Shown here piece after piece: positions 34,686-35,679 of a stretch of 35,679 nt of DNA. A program made the translations under genes and the position numbers. The notes under the pieces are model-generated. The model worked only from the letters and a program-made list of their open reading frames with translations, ran no database searches and was not told the origin of the DNA. The DNA is from a virus (taxonomy: Duplodnaviria; Caudoviricetes). The DNA is taken from the IMG/VR virus record IMGVR_UViG_3300009095_000037, positions 1-35,679 of that record; one strand, 5' to 3'. Within the stretch, counting starts at the first letter, position 1. Each line of letters opens with the position of its first letter.

Positions 34686-35679
34686 AGCGGTTCCTTCTCC
34701 CCGGGCCTCCCACTGGCCAGCCCGGGCACGCGGAAGACCTGGCCCCCCTCGAACACGTACCCTACTCCGTTATCTAGGAGCAGGGGCGTGTCCTGGGTCA
34801 CGAAGGCGATGACCACCGATCGGGTCTGCCCGCCACCATTGGACATGCCCATAGCAGCCACGGCCAGGGCCTGGTTGTGCTTGGCTGGAGCGATGTCTTC
34901 CCCGCTCCAGCCATGCCGCCCGTGGCTGGCCCTCCCTCCTGTGACCTGGATGAGGGCCCCCTCCGGACCCTGCCCGGCGGCGATGTGCAGCCTCCCCGCC
35001 TTGGTCTTCCTGACCGAGGCCTGCAACCAGTACGCCTTTTCGGGGACGTACTGGCGGTGTTGTCGGTACACCCGCTCCAGGGCATCGAGCTGCGCGCTCA
35101 GCTCGTCATCTATCCCCACTAGCAAGGGGGTTTTCCAGGCTCTGGTGTAGAGCCTGGGCCAGCGTTGGGTCTCGTGTCGGCCATAGATGCCGATCACGTG
35201 CCGGATATCGAGCCATCCCTTCTCTGCTTTTTGCAGAGTCTGGATGGCCGCGTACTCGGCCCCCGAGGCCTGCCAATACGAGTTGGTGCCACCCGTGTAC
35301 ACCCACCCGTCAGGGTGAGGTTCGGTGGCCGCAACCAGCGGCAGTTCTTTTTCTCGTACGTTGGCGGGTACCAGCTTTCCCTCGTGGGTGACGGCAAACG
35401 TCGTATAGGCATGGCGGTCCCGAACGATGTAGACGTGCTTGTCCGAAGGGAGCCTGCGGGCAAGCTCCCGTCGTACCGCCTCCGATCTGGACACCATATC
35501 CCCCAGAATCTCTACGCTCAGAGAGCGCAGGTCCACCCCTTCGGGCGGGTTCCCTGCCCCCCGCCCTTCCAGCCAAGCTCTCCGCGTACTGCGAAGAGCT
35601 TCCACCCCGGTCTGTCCGGCTGAGGACCCTATATACTGGGCCTTGGAATAGGCCTCCTCGAAGCCTATTCTCCCCGCCA
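34682..35679 (-). CDS. Hypothetical protein, probably 5'-truncated by the window edge
   Basis: The frame stays open upstream of the listed GTG 35605 to the window end (AGRIGFEEAYSKAQYIGSSAGQTG-VEALR). GC-rich. Confidence 0.7.
   Translation of the reverse strand, partial: AGRIGFEEAYSKAQYIGSSAGQTGVEALRSTRRAWLEGRGAGNPPEGVDLRSLSVEILGDMVSRSEAVRRELARRLPSDKHVYIVRDRHAYTTFAVTHEGKLVPANVREKELPLVAATEPHPDGWVYTGGTNSYWQASGAEYAAIQTLQKAEKGWLDIRHVIGIYGRHETQRWPRLYTRAWKTPLLVGIDDELSAQLDALERVYRQHRQYVPEKAYWLQASVRKTKAGRLHIAAGQGPEGALIQVTGGRASHGRHGWSGEDIAPAKHNQALAVAAMGMSNGGGQTRSVVIAFVTQDTPLLLDNGVGYVFEGGQVFRVPGLASGRPGEKEPL

Noticed and set aside
35646-35670. Inverted repeat gaataggc/gcctattc
   Set aside because: Lies inside an open reading frame at the window edge with no T-tract, so it cannot be interpreted.
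1-35679. Stop-codon reassignment
   Set aside because: Genes tile densely under the standard code, and TAA, TAG and TGA all end well-supported genes.

Overview
The whole window reads as one segment of a tailed dsDNA bacteriophage genome. No integrase, host housekeeping gene, RNA gene or CRISPR array was recognised. Four blocks: (1) 1-12267 (+): a giant 5'-truncated mosaic baseplate/fibre protein, further tail proteins, then a holin-led putative lysis cluster that also holds a HEXXH protein and an inorganic-pyrophosphatase-like protein. (2) 12330-27978 (-): a tightly packed replication/recombination block with SF2 helicase, family-4 UDG, DnaB-like helicase, primase, Zn-rich gp32-like SSB, family A DNA polymerase, HU, RecA, two resolvase-like nucleases, a Cas4-like exonuclease, a UvsY-like protein and HeH-domain proteins. 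(3) 28104-34442 (+): putative head/virion proteins and a portal protein interrupted by a LAGLIDADG intein. (4) 34491-35679 (-): GC-rich hypothetical genes. Best leads from reading the DNA: a three-part -1 ribosomal frameshift signal that would add an unlisted Rho_N/HeH-like domain to a 217-aa protein; strong K-x-A enrichment in a head-module protein; a triple-hairpin element before the helicase gene; and shared terminator and promoter-like motifs. All family assignments come from motif recognition by eye, without database searches.
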